Shown piece by piece: positions 50,750 through 59,776 of a DNA stretch of 64,000 nucleotides; the first letter of the stretch is position 1; the number at the start of each line of letters is the position of its first letter. The translations under genes were made by a program, and so were the position numbers. Below the pieces are notes generated by a model that saw only the letters and a list, made by a program, of their open reading frames with translations, was not told where the DNA came from and did not search any database. Source of the DNA: an uncultured Pseudomonadales bacterium (GTDB lineage: Bacteria; Pseudomonadota; Gammaproteobacteria; Pseudomonadales; JAUIET01); NCBI GenBank assembly GCA_964352475.1, contig CAYGSL010000002.1, positions 41,384-105,383 on the forward strand, read 5' to 3'.

Positions 50750-51478
50750 GTGGTATTCTGCAAAGCCTTAAGTTCTGTGAGTCTATCGGTGACAACAAAA
50801 AAAATAATAATTCTGGTGCTCATTCTGGCCGTCTTCGCCGCTTTTTACGTGTTCGATCTGGGTCAGTATTTCAATCTCGACTACTTCAACACGCAAAAGC
50901 AGGCATTGTTTGACTATTACGCGGCCAACCCGTTGCGTACCTGTTTGATTTATTTAGCTATTTATATTCTGGCCGCCGGGTTTTCACTACCTGGTGCGGG
51001 TTCTGGTTTAACCTTGGCCGGGGGCGCAATCTTTGGTTTTTGGCTGGGTACCTTGCTGGTGTCGTTTGCTAGTACCATCGGTGCCACCATTGCGTTCCTA
51101 ATGTCCAGAACGCTATTACATGACTGGGTGCAGGGCCGATTTGGCGAGCATCTTGAAGCAATCAATAAGGGGGTAGAAGAAGACGGTGCTTTTTACTTGT
51201 TCAGCATTAGATTGATACCGGCGTTTCCTTATTTTCTGGTCAATATGCTTATGGGGCTTACACCCATTAAAACAGGTGTATTTTTTGTGGTCAGCCAGCT
51301 AGGTATGTTGGCTGGCACCATGGTTTTCGTAAACGCCGGTGTTCAATTGGCCAATATCGACTCGGTTGGCAGCGTATTCTCGCCAACCTTGATAGCCTCC
51401 TTCGTATTACTGGCCGCATTCCCATTTATTGTGAAGGCAATCATGGGGCGTTTTTCCAAGGTTCCAGAGGCCGAATAA
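50750..51478 (+). CDS. TVP38/TMEM64 (DedA-superfamily) membrane protein
   Basis: 242 aa polytopic protein. Contains LIPAFPYFLVNMLMGLT, typical of the SNARE-associated/TVP38 family. Stop overlaps the start of the next gene (TAATG). Confidence 0.85.
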   Translation: MVFCKALSSVSLSVTTKKIIILVLILAVFAAFYVFDLGQYFNLDYFNTQKQALFDYYAANPLRTCLIYLAIYILAAGFSLPGAGSGLTLAGGAIFGFWLGTLLVSFASTIGATIAFLMSRTLLHDWVQGRFGEHLEAINKGVEEDGAFYLFSIRLIPAFPYFLVNMLMGLTPIKTGVFFVVSQLGMLAGTMVFVNAGVQLANIDSVGSVFSPTLIASFVLLAAFPFIVKAIMGRFSKVPEAE

Positions 51479-52980
51479 TGAGTTTTTTCGCTGATCGCAG
51501 GCGCCTGAAGGCATTTAATAAACCAGCCAGCTTTGATGCTAATGTCATTGTTATTGGCGCTGGCAGTGCGGGCCTGGTGTCGTCACTGATCGCGGCAACG
51601 GTGAACGCCAAGGCAATCCTGATTGAGCGGCATAAGATGGGTGGTGACTGCCTGAACACGGGTTGCGTGCCCAGCAAAGCGATTCTGCGTTCAGCCAAAA
51701 TCAAACATTATGTTGAGCGGGCAGGGGATTACGGTGTAACCGCCCCGGATGACGTAAAAGCGGATTTTCCCGCTGTTATGCAACGCGTACAAAACGTCAT
51801 AAAAGCGATTGAACCGCACGATTCTGTAGAGCGCTACGAAGGGCTTGGTGTGCAGTGCGAGCTCGGTGAGGCAAGGATTGTGTCGCCATGGGAAGTCGAC
51901 GTCAGCCAGCCTAATGGTGAAAGCAAACGGTTCAGCGCCAAAAATATTATTATCGCTAGTGGTGCGCGACCCTTTGTGCCACCAATTCCCGGCTTGGATA
52001 AAATCAACTATCTAACGTCTGATACCGTGTGGGAGTTAGAGGCCTTGCCTCGCTCGCTCGCGGTGATGGGGGCCGGACCCATCGGTTGTGAGCTTGCGCA
52101 GGCGTTTGCGCGCCTGGGCAGCAAAGTGACCTTGGTAGATATGGCACCGCGTGTGTTGCCCCGCGAAGATGAAGATGCGGCAAACGCGGTGTTATCGTCG
52201 TTGCAAGCTGATGGCATTGAAGTGCTGGTAGACAGCAAAGCCAACGCTGTTGAGCAGCGAGAAGGTGACAGTGTTCTGATTCTTGAAACGGGCGGCGAAA
52301 CCCGTGAGCTAGAGTTTGAACACTTGCTGGTTGCAGTAGGCCGAAAAGCCAACACTGACAACATGGGTCTGGAAGACCTAGGCGTAGAGCTTAATCGAAA
52401 CGCTACCGTGGTAGTTAATGACTACCTGCAAACTACCTTGCCCACCGTGTATGCCTGTGGTGATGTAGCCGGTCCTTATCAATTTACTCATACCGCTTCA
52501 CACCAAGCCTGGTTTGCATCGGTCAATTGTTTGTTCGGGCCATTTAAACGCTTTAAGGCCGACTATTCAGTTATTCCATGGGCTACGTTTACCGACCCAC
52601 AAGTGGCGCGGGTTGGTCTTAATGAGCAGGATGCAAGCGAGAAAAATATTGCTGTTGAAGTGACTCGCTACGGTATCGACGATCTGGACCGTGCCATTGC
52701 AGACGGCGAAGCGCACGGTTTTGTAAAGGTTCTCACAGCGCCAGGCAGTGACAAAATTCTGGGCGTAACCATTGTCGGTTACCACGCCAGTGAGCTAATC
52801 GCCGAATACGTGCTGGCGATGAAGCACGGCCTTGGTCTTAAAAAGCTAATGGGCACTATACATATCTACCCCACGCTGAATGAAGCGAATAAATTTGCCG
52901 CCAGTGAGTGGCGCAAAAAACATAAGCCGGAGGGCCTATTGACTTGGGTGTCCCGGTTTCACGCCTGGCGTCGATCCTGA
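51478..52980 (+). CDS. FAD-dependent pyridine nucleotide-disulfide oxidoreductase (class I, Lpd/MerA-like)
   Basis: 500 aa. FAD fold VIVIGAGSAG, redox disulfide GGDCLNTGCVPSK, NAD fold VMGAGPIGCE, dimerisation domain with HIYPTLNE. Confidence 0.9.
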   Translation: MSFFADRRRLKAFNKPASFDANVIVIGAGSAGLVSSLIAATVNAKAILIERHKMGGDCLNTGCVPSKAILRSAKIKHYVERAGDYGVTAPDDVKADFPAVMQRVQNVIKAIEPHDSVERYEGLGVQCELGEARIVSPWEVDVSQPNGESKRFSAKNIIIASGARPFVPPIPGLDKINYLTSDTVWELEALPRSLAVMGAGPIGCELAQAFARLGSKVTLVDMAPRVLPREDEDAANAVLSSLQADGIEVLVDSKANAVEQREGDSVLILETGGETRELEFEHLLVAVGRKANTDNMGLEDLGVELNRNATVVVNDYLQTTLPTVYACGDVAGPYQFTHTASHQAWFASVNCLFGPFKRFKADYSVIPWATFTDPQVARVGLNEQDASEKNIAVEVTRYGIDDLDRAIADGEAHGFVKVLTAPGSDKILGVTIVGYHASELIAEYVLAMKHGLGLKKLMGTIHIYPTLNEANKFAASEWRKKHKPEGLLTWVSRFHAWRRS

Positions 52981-53023
52981 GGCGGCACACAGTTATACTG
53001 CCCCTTGAGAACTCGGGGGCACA

Positions 53024-54223
53024 ATGAACGAACAAGATCGAAAATTACGCGACAGCTGGGCGCAATTTTGCGATTCGCTCAAAGCCAGTGGTGACATCAT
53101 ATTTCGCGATAACGGGCCACAAAGCCCGGTGTCAAAAGCCAGCGGTTTACGTTTGCTGGCGCGCAATGTGTCGCTGGCCATGCAATTTGAAATGGAAAAT
53201 TGCGATCCAGATTTTCCAGAGCTGCTGCACTACTTTGACCCGCTGAGAAAACAAGGCGGCGATAATACGGATGCCTTGTATGTGGGCGCGCCAATCAATG
53301 GGCAGCACAGCTATCGCCTGCTTGGCAACAAGGGCAGCGCTGCGTTTTTCGCGGTGACAGTATTGGAAAACGGCAATACGCCGTGGGGTGGGCAGGTGGT
53401 AGCCACTTTGCTGGGCAAGGATTTCAAGGTTGATGAAAAAGGCAACTTCGAACTTATTGTTAGTCCGGAATCACCGCCTGATGATTTCAGTGGTGCCGGT
53501 AAAAACTGGATTCAATCCTCACCCGATACCTATCGAATAACGTTCCGTCAGTTCTTTGCTGATTGGAACAATGAAAAACCCATGCAGGCTGAAATCGAGT
53601 GCCTGAGCAGCAGCGCAGCTCACCCCGTGTTTGAGCCCGAGGACTTGCAGCGCGGTCTGGAAAAATCCGCGCACTGGATTAAGTGGTCGGTCTCATATTG
53701 GGCCGAGATGATTGATAAGTGGAAAGCGCAAGCTAATACCTTTATGTCGTACGGCGAGCTTGAGAAAAACAAAATTGACTTCACGCCTGGGGGAGCGCCG
53801 ATCATCGCTTACTGGCAACTTCCCAAAGATGAAGTGCTGCTGGTCAGGGTAACTCCGCCCAACGCGGATTACTGGGCGGTGGAGTTTGGCAATTATTGGT
53901 GGGAAACAATGGACTATCGCTACCATCTGAGCAACACCAATTGCCATTACGCGGTGCTTGAAGACAATGAAGAGCTTTGCGTGCTTATCAGTCATGATGA
54001 CTTGGGAGCAAACAATTGGCTGGATCCCAGCGGACACGAAGAAGGCTATATCACCTATCGATGGATTGGCGCAGATCACTATCCAAAGCCAACATGCGAG
54101 CAAATGACAGTAGGGCAATTGCAGTCAAAATTCCCGCATCTACTCAACTGCGTTGACAGCCAGCAGCGCAAACAACAGCTTAAAGAACGCCGCCAGGGTG
54201 TAGTCAGAAGGTTTGGAGCATAA
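53024..54223 (+). CDS. hypothetical protein (possibly DUF1214-like), no signal peptide
   Basis: 399-aa ORF with coding-like composition. GGDNTDALYVGAPINGQHSYRLLG loosely resembles DUF1214-type proteins; family assignment is uncertain. Stop overlaps the next start. Confidence 0.7.
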   Translation: MNEQDRKLRDSWAQFCDSLKASGDIIFRDNGPQSPVSKASGLRLLARNVSLAMQFEMENCDPDFPELLHYFDPLRKQGGDNTDALYVGAPINGQHSYRLLGNKGSAAFFAVTVLENGNTPWGGQVVATLLGKDFKVDEKGNFELIVSPESPPDDFSGAGKNWIQSSPDTYRITFRQFFADWNNEKPMQAEIECLSSSAAHPVFEPEDLQRGLEKSAHWIKWSVSYWAEMIDKWKAQANTFMSYGELEKNKIDFTPGGAPIIAYWQLPKDEVLLVRVTPPNADYWAVEFGNYWWETMDYRYHLSNTNCHYAVLEDNEELCVLISHDDLGANNWLDPSGHEEGYITYRWIGADHYPKPTCEQMTVGQLQSKFPHLLNCVDSQQRKQQLKERRQGVVRRFGA

Positions 54224-54606
54224 TGAAAACGTTTGCCGCTAGCTGCCATTGCCAGGCCGTTAAAATTGAATTCGACGCCGAGCTGCCGCTGGTGGTTGAT
54301 GATTGCAATTGCTCAATTTGTTCCAAGACAGGCAATTTATACGTGATACTGCCCAAGTCACAGTTTCGTCTGCTCACCGACCAGCAGCATCTGAGCGTTT
54401 ACCGGTTTAACACAGGCGTTGCCCAGCATACGTTTTGCAAACACTGTGGCGTTAAACCGTTCTACACGCCACGTTCCAATCCGGACGGCGTCAGCGTGAA
54501 CGCGCGCTGCATTGATGGCGAGCTACCAGAGATGAGCATCGTCCCGTTTGATGGTCAGAATTGGGAACAACACGCGCACACGCTGGCGCATAAAAGCAAA
54601 GACTGA
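54223..54606 (+). CDS. GFA family (glutathione-dependent formaldehyde-activating / CENP-V-like) zinc protein
   Basis: 127 aa. Cys pattern CHC...CNCSIC...CKHCG, characteristic of GFA. Confidence 0.85.
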   Translation: MKTFAASCHCQAVKIEFDAELPLVVDDCNCSICSKTGNLYVILPKSQFRLLTDQQHLSVYRFNTGVAQHTFCKHCGVKPFYTPRSNPDGVSVNARCIDGELPEMSIVPFDGQNWEQHAHTLAHKSKD

Positions 54607-54647
54607 TACTGTTTCTGCTGACAAGGCCTAACAATCGGATAGTACGT

Positions 54648-55073
54648 ATGAGCACACTGGCACAAGGCAATTCCACAATAGGCTCCTGGGAGGAGACTAC
54701 GGTCAATGAGCGCGATGATGGCACACGTTTAAGCAAAGCGTCTATTACGCAGAACTACACGGGCGACATCGAAGGCAGCAGTCAAATAGAGTATCTGTTA
54801 CTGCACGCCGCCGATAAATCAGCGCAATTTCTTGGCTTTGAAACGGTGCAAGCCACGATTGGCGGCAAGCAAGGTAGCTTTGTGCTGCAGCACGATGGCA
54901 AGTTCAGTATTGGTGTTGCCAGCAGTACGTTTAAGGTGGTGTCCGGTTCGGGTCGAGGTGGCCTGATGAACATCAGCGGCTGTGGAAGCTTTGCCTCTAC
55001 CGGTGAGGGTACATCGGAATACAAATTCGAATACAACGCTGACTCCAGCGAAGATCAAGTCGGCGCAGCCTGA
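54648..55073 (+). CDS. DUF3224 domain protein
   Basis: 141 aa. WEETTVNE...ITQNYTGDIEGSSQIEYLL...GSFVLQHDG pattern, as in DUF3224. Confidence 0.7.
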   Translation: MSTLAQGNSTIGSWEETTVNERDDGTRLSKASITQNYTGDIEGSSQIEYLLLHAADKSAQFLGFETVQATIGGKQGSFVLQHDGKFSIGVASSTFKVVSGSGRGGLMNISGCGSFASTGEGTSEYKFEYNADSSEDQVGAA

Positions 55074-55086
55074 GCCTCACCACTCC

Positions 55087-56115
55087 ATGTTTTTATCTGA
55101 TAACACTGCACCGGCCAGTCCGGAAGTTTTGAGCTATATCCAGCAACATTTGCAGGATAGTATTGATCTTCCTTATGGTGGCGACCAGCTAAGCGAAAAG
55201 CTCAACGATTGCGTTAGTAAAATATTTGAGCGGAAAGTGCAGGTGTTTCCGGTGTTATCGGGCACAGCCAGTAATTGCCTTGCTTTAGCCGCGATGTGCC
55301 CATCCACGGGTGCCGTAATAACCCATCGCAATTCACACTTGAGTGTTGATGAAAATACCGCGCCACATTTTTTTACTGGCGGCGCGGCATTGCATCAAAT
55401 TGGTGAAGGTGCAGATATCATTAGTGCTGAAGAACTCAGCCGGTTTTGTGCCAAACGACCCTGGCGTGACGTGCACAGCGCTGTACCTCGTGTACTTACT
55501 ATAACCCAGGCCACCGAGCTTGGCCGGGTGTATTCAACTGAACACCTGCAGGAGCTTGGCGAAATCGCCAGCCATTACAATATGCGGGTGTTCATTGATG
55601 GCGCCCGATTTGCCAACGCGCTGATCAAACAGAAGCTGTCGCCTTCGGCGGCTGTAATGCCATCGGGCGTATCTGCCATGACATTAGGCGCGATCAAGAA
55701 CGGCACCTTCGGTGCCGAGGCGCTGGTATTGTTTGACGCCGAACTGTTTCCAGCGGTCAGGCAAAAAGCCAAGCAGACCGGGCACCTGGCCTCGAAAATG
55801 CGCTATCTGTCAGCACAGTTGCTGGCGTACTTTGATAACGAGCTCTGGCTTAACAACGCGCGAGCGGCCAATTCTGCGGCGGAGCGATTGTGTGCGCTGC
55901 TAAATGACCACCCGCACTGCAGCCTGACCATAGAGTGCGAAACGAACCAGATATTTGTCAGCATGCCAGACGGCCTGCAAGAGCATTTGCACAAGGCCGG
56001 TTTTGAAACCTACCCTTGGCACGTGGAAGACAAGGCCTGTTTCCGGCTGGTGACAAACTGGGCCACCAGTGACGCCCACATCAATGCTTTTGCCAACGCT
56101 CTTAACACCTACTGA
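55087..56115 (+). CDS. threonine aldolase / beta-eliminating lyase family PLP enzyme
   Basis: ORF 54982..56115. Start taken at MFLSDNTAPASPEVL. SGTASN, FIDGARFANA and the GAIKNG Lys region fit low-specificity threonine aldolases. Confidence 0.75.
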   Translation: MFLSDNTAPASPEVLSYIQQHLQDSIDLPYGGDQLSEKLNDCVSKIFERKVQVFPVLSGTASNCLALAAMCPSTGAVITHRNSHLSVDENTAPHFFTGGAALHQIGEGADIISAEELSRFCAKRPWRDVHSAVPRVLTITQATELGRVYSTEHLQELGEIASHYNMRVFIDGARFANALIKQKLSPSAAVMPSGVSAMTLGAIKNGTFGAEALVLFDAELFPAVRQKAKQTGHLASKMRYLSAQLLAYFDNELWLNNARAANSAAERLCALLNDHPHCSLTIECETNQIFVSMPDGLQEHLHKAGFETYPWHVEDKACFRLVTNWATSDAHINAFANALNTY

Positions 56116-57443
56116 GACAACTTCCCGGCGCCACCAAAAAACAAAAACAGCGCCAGGCACAAGGCAACAAATTCGGCGGCTGGCAAGGTAATAAATACTC
56201 CGGTGTCTCCCAGCCACATTGGCAACAGCAGCAGGAAAGAGGCGGGCAGAATCAAGCTTCTTGACGCGGCAATCATAGCCGAAGGCAAGGGTTGGTCGGT
56301 AGATGTGAAAAACACGGTTAGCATAATATTGGCGCCTATCATCAATGGCGCGGGCCAAAAATAATAGGCAAAACCCAATGCTATCTCCATGGTTGTTGCG
56401 GCACTTTCCTGCATAAACACACCAATGAGAACCTCGGGTACAAAAAACAGTAAGGCAGACATGCCAAGGCTGATAGCCATTGTGGTGGCAATACCTATAC
56501 GGAAAAATTGGTAAATGCGAGGGATGTTTCTTGCACCCAGATTCTTGCTAATCAGTGGTTGAACCGCATCCGCAAAGCCATAACTGAGCATGATGCCAAC
56601 GAACATCACGTATTCCACGACCGTAAACGCAGCCACACCTTCAGTGCCAAAACGCTTGATCAGGGTCCAGTTAAACATCAAGGTAACCACGCCAACAGAG
56701 AGCTCGTTGGTAAATTCTGACACGCCGTTTACCGCCGCTCGGCCTATTGGCTTCCAGCTACCGCTTGGCCAACGCAAGCGCAGGTTTGCTCTTGCGCTGA
56801 AAAAGTGAGGAATCAATACCGACAGCAAGGCCACGTAGGAACAAGCCATTGCCATTGCGGCACCCACTATTCCCATCTCCAGCTTAACCACAAACAACCA
56901 GTTCATAAACACATTAACCAGAGAGCTTGCCACCAGAGAACAACAGGCAAGAATTGGCCGACCGTCCACCATCACAAAATAATACAGTGTATATGCGGTC
57001 GTCGTTAGCGGTGCTACGCATAGCAATATTGTTAGATAATTAACAAGTAAGTCAGCTGTTTCTGGGTTAGCACCTAACAATCCGACTACTTGATCGATGA
57101 ATACCAGACTTGGAATGGCCAGGGCAACGGCTATCCCAAATGCCAGTAACATAATTTTCGTGAACACATCACAGGCGGCCTCCGGATTCCCCCCGCCGAG
57201 CAGCTTGCCAGTAATCACAGAGCCGCCCATGGCAAACATAAATGCCACTGCGAACAGCAAAGAGATGGCCGGCATACTGAGATTGACGGCGGCCAGGGCG
57301 GCTACGCCTACGTAGTTGCCCATAAAAATAGCAGTGACCACGGTGGCAGACGACAGCGCGCCCAGTCCAATAACAGACGGCACGGCGTAATGCAGAAAGA
57401 CCCGGCCTGGCGGGCCAGCTAAGGGGTCATAAGTGTCAGACAT
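56109..57443 (-). CDS. MATE family efflux transporter
   Basis: ORF 56109..57458; about 12 TM segments. ATG 57443 overlaps the end of the carbonic anhydrase gene by 8 bp. The 3' end overlaps the convergent aldolase gene by 7 bp. Confidence 0.88.
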   Translation of the reverse strand: MSDTYDPLAGPPGRVFLHYAVPSVIGLGALSSATVVTAIFMGNYVGVAALAAVNLSMPAISLLFAVAFMFAMGGSVITGKLLGGGNPEAACDVFTKIMLLAFGIAVALAIPSLVFIDQVVGLLGANPETADLLVNYLTILLCVAPLTTTAYTLYYFVMVDGRPILACCSLVASSLVNVFMNWLFVVKLEMGIVGAAMAMACSYVALLSVLIPHFFSARANLRLRWPSGSWKPIGRAAVNGVSEFTNELSVGVVTLMFNWTLIKRFGTEGVAAFTVVEYVMFVGIMLSYGFADAVQPLISKNLGARNIPRIYQFFRIGIATTMAISLGMSALLFFVPEVLIGVFMQESAATTMEIALGFAYYFWPAPLMIGANIMLTVFFTSTDQPLPSAMIAASRSLILPASFLLLLPMWLGDTGVFITLPAAEFVALCLALFLFFGGAGKLSQ

Positions 57444-58044
57444 TACCGTTGTCAGCAACGCTGGGACACAAAGGCTTCAAGATGCCGTCATGCAAGTCGT
57501 ACACCCAGCCATGCACGCGCAAAGACTGACCGGCTGCCCAGGCCGATTGCACGATATCGGATTTGCATACTTGCTTCATCTGAGCGAGTACGTTCCACTC
57601 GCATAAGCTGCGCGCCCTATCATCGCTGGGTAAAGCATCCAGGTCGCCGCGACGATCACTTACCAATTGCTTGACAGGTTGTATCCAGTTGGCGACCGGC
57701 GGATCCAGTTCTGCGCCATCCAGTGCCGCCTGGACACCACCACAGCCATAATGCCCGCAGACAATAATATGGCTAACTTTCAAGGCTTGCACGGCGTATT
57801 GAATCACTGACAAGGCATTGTCATCATCCAGCGAGACTATATTGGCAACGTTTCTGTGTACAAACACTTCACCTGGCAACAAGCCCAAAATCTGATTGGC
57901 CGGCACCCGGCTGTCTGAGCAGCCAATCCACAGATAATCAGGATTTTGCTGTGCAGACAGTCTGGAGAAAAACTCCGAGTCGTCTCGCTTGACCGAATCG
58001 GCCCATTCGCGGTTGTTGTTCAAAAGTTGTTTTAAGGTTTCCAT
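57436..58044 (-). CDS. can: beta-class carbonic anhydrase
   Basis: 202 aa. WIGCSDSRVPA, FVHRNVAN and CGHYGCGG, colinear with E. coli Can as I recall it. Confidence 0.93.
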   Translation of the reverse strand: METLKQLLNNNREWADSVKRDDSEFFSRLSAQQNPDYLWIGCSDSRVPANQILGLLPGEVFVHRNVANIVSLDDDNALSVIQYAVQALKVSHIIVCGHYGCGGVQAALDGAELDPPVANWIQPVKQLVSDRRGDLDALPSDDRARSLCEWNVLAQMKQVCKSDIVQSAWAAGQSLRVHGWVYDLHDGILKPLCPSVADNGNV

Positions 58045-58183
58045 GATGACAATTTACTCAGCGGTGTATCTCCAAATGCGATTTTACCGGAATTTGCCAA
58101 ACTTGATCGCATTACCGGCCGTGTCTGTAGCGATGAATCTGGCAGTGCGCTAAGCTGAGAACAGCACAGTACTGGGCAATACC

Positions 58184-59764
58184 ATGAAGCAACTTCTGAT
58201 TCGGCTACAGCTAATAATTTTTGGTGCGCTGCTCGCTTCGCAAGCCGCCTCGCACAGCGCCATGTTTCCTGATCAGTTTCGTTACGACAATAGTAACGAA
58301 GGCCTGCGCGTACAGCAGACTGACAGCGAAGTCGCAAAATCCCTATCCATCATACGCCGAATGGAAACCTGCAGCTCAGGTGTGGCTGGTGATTACCCGT
58401 GTCGAAACATAGACCTTCGCAGCGTGTTCAGTTCAGCTGAGCTGGGTGCTGCGGGTAATGAACTCAATGACATCTGGGGTTGGACAGATCTGGCCACAGG
58501 CATGGAAGTGGCCATAGTAGGGCTGCAAAGCGGCACATCTTTCGTTGATATCACCGACCCGGTTGCACCAATACTGCTGGGTTTTCTGCCATCACATAAC
58601 AACGGCTCGGATGACTGGCGTGATATTAAAGTGTATCAGGACCATGCATTTATAGTGGCCGATGGACAAGGCAACAATACCCATGGTCTGCAGGTGTTTG
58701 ACCTGCGCACGCTTAACACCGTAACCGCTGGCAGTACTCTCACAGAAACAGCGCATTTGGCAGGCTTTGGTGCAGCGCATAATGTCGCTATCAATGAAGA
58801 CAGTGGCTTTGCTTATGTGGTTGGCGCAACGCAATGCAGCGGTGGCTTGTACATGGTTGACGTGTCCACGCCAGCCGCGCCACAGTTCGCCGGTTGTTAT
58901 TCAGGCGACGGCTATACCCATGATGCGCAGTGTGTGAACTATCAAGGTCCTGATTCGCCGTTTTTTGGCGAAGAGATCTGTGTCGCCTATAACGAAGACA
59001 CCATTACCATTGTTAATGTGTCGGACAAAAATAACCCGCAGTTGCTGTCGCGTACGCCGTACAGCGGCTCGCAGTACACCCATCAAGGCTGGTTTGTGGA
59101 TGACAATCACAGCCTGTTGATCATGAACGATGAGCTGGACGAGCAGCGTACCGGTATCAATACAACGTCTCACATTTGGGACGTGAGCTCCTTGACTGCT
59201 CCAATGGAGACAGGCCGCTTTGTGAATTCCACCGGCTCTATCGATCACAACTTGTATACCGTTGGTGATCTGGCGTATGAATCCAACTACCGTTCCGGCC
59301 TGCGTATTCTGGATACATCTGACGCTGCCGCAGGCAACCTGACCGAGGTAGGATACTTTGACACCATCCCCTGTTCCGACTCAGCGCAGTTCTCAGGTGC
59401 CTGGAGCAGCTACCCGTATTTTGCCAGTGGCAATGTGGTGGTTAGCGATATTGGTGCCGGCTTGTTTGTGCTAACGCCGGATATGGCGGCGATAAACGCC
59501 GCCAGTAACCCGGGTGCACCAGCAGTGAGCCCGGCCTGTGGTGGTCCGAACCCTGACCCAGATCCGGACCCAGACCCTGGTCCTGACCCAGATCCAGGCC
59601 CCGACCCTGACCCTGACCCAGATCCGGACCCAGACCCACCCACACCCGGCGGTAATGGCAATACCCCGGCAACAACCGGCGGCGGTGGTGGTGGAAGTAC
59701 ACCGTTGCACACAGTAGTAATGTTGTTTGCGCTACTGGGTTTACGTAAACGTTTCTCGATTTAA
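58184..59764 (+). CDS. secreted beta-propeller protein (LVIVD-repeat / choice-of-anchor B-like) with (Asp-Pro)n linker and GlyGly-CTERM-like anchor
   Basis: 526 aa. Signal peptide; repeated strand motifs (AFIVADG, AYVVGA, TIVNVSD, LLIMNDE, YESNYRSGLRILD). Linker PNPDPDPDPDPGPDPDPGPDPDPDPDPDPDPP. Tail GGGGGGSTPLHTVVMLFALLGLRKRFSI. Confidence 0.8.
   Translation: MKQLLIRLQLIIFGALLASQAASHSAMFPDQFRYDNSNEGLRVQQTDSEVAKSLSIIRRMETCSSGVAGDYPCRNIDLRSVFSSAELGAAGNELNDIWGWTDLATGMEVAIVGLQSGTSFVDITDPVAPILLGFLPSHNNGSDDWRDIKVYQDHAFIVADGQGNNTHGLQVFDLRTLNTVTAGSTLTETAHLAGFGAAHNVAINEDSGFAYVVGATQCSGGLYMVDVSTPAAPQFAGCYSGDGYTHDAQCVNYQGPDSPFFGEEICVAYNEDTITIVNVSDKNNPQLLSRTPYSGSQYTHQGWFVDDNHSLLIMNDELDEQRTGINTTSHIWDVSSLTAPMETGRFVNSTGSIDHNLYTVGDLAYESNYRSGLRILDTSDAAAGNLTEVGYFDTIPCSDSAQFSGAWSSYPYFASGNVVVSDIGAGLFVLTPDMAAINAASNPGAPAVSPACGGPNPDPDPDPDPGPDPDPGPDPDPDPDPDPDPPTPGGNGNTPATTGGGGGGSTPLHTVVMLFALLGLRKRFSI
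59552..59641. repeat. 30-bp tandem repeat x3 encoding the Asp-Pro linker
   Basis: cctgacccagatccggacccagaccc occurs at 59552-59577 and identically at 59612-59637. A 3-mismatch copy lies at 59582-59607. The period is 30 bp. Confidence 0.9.
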
Positions 59765-59776
59765 CACGCCAAGATA

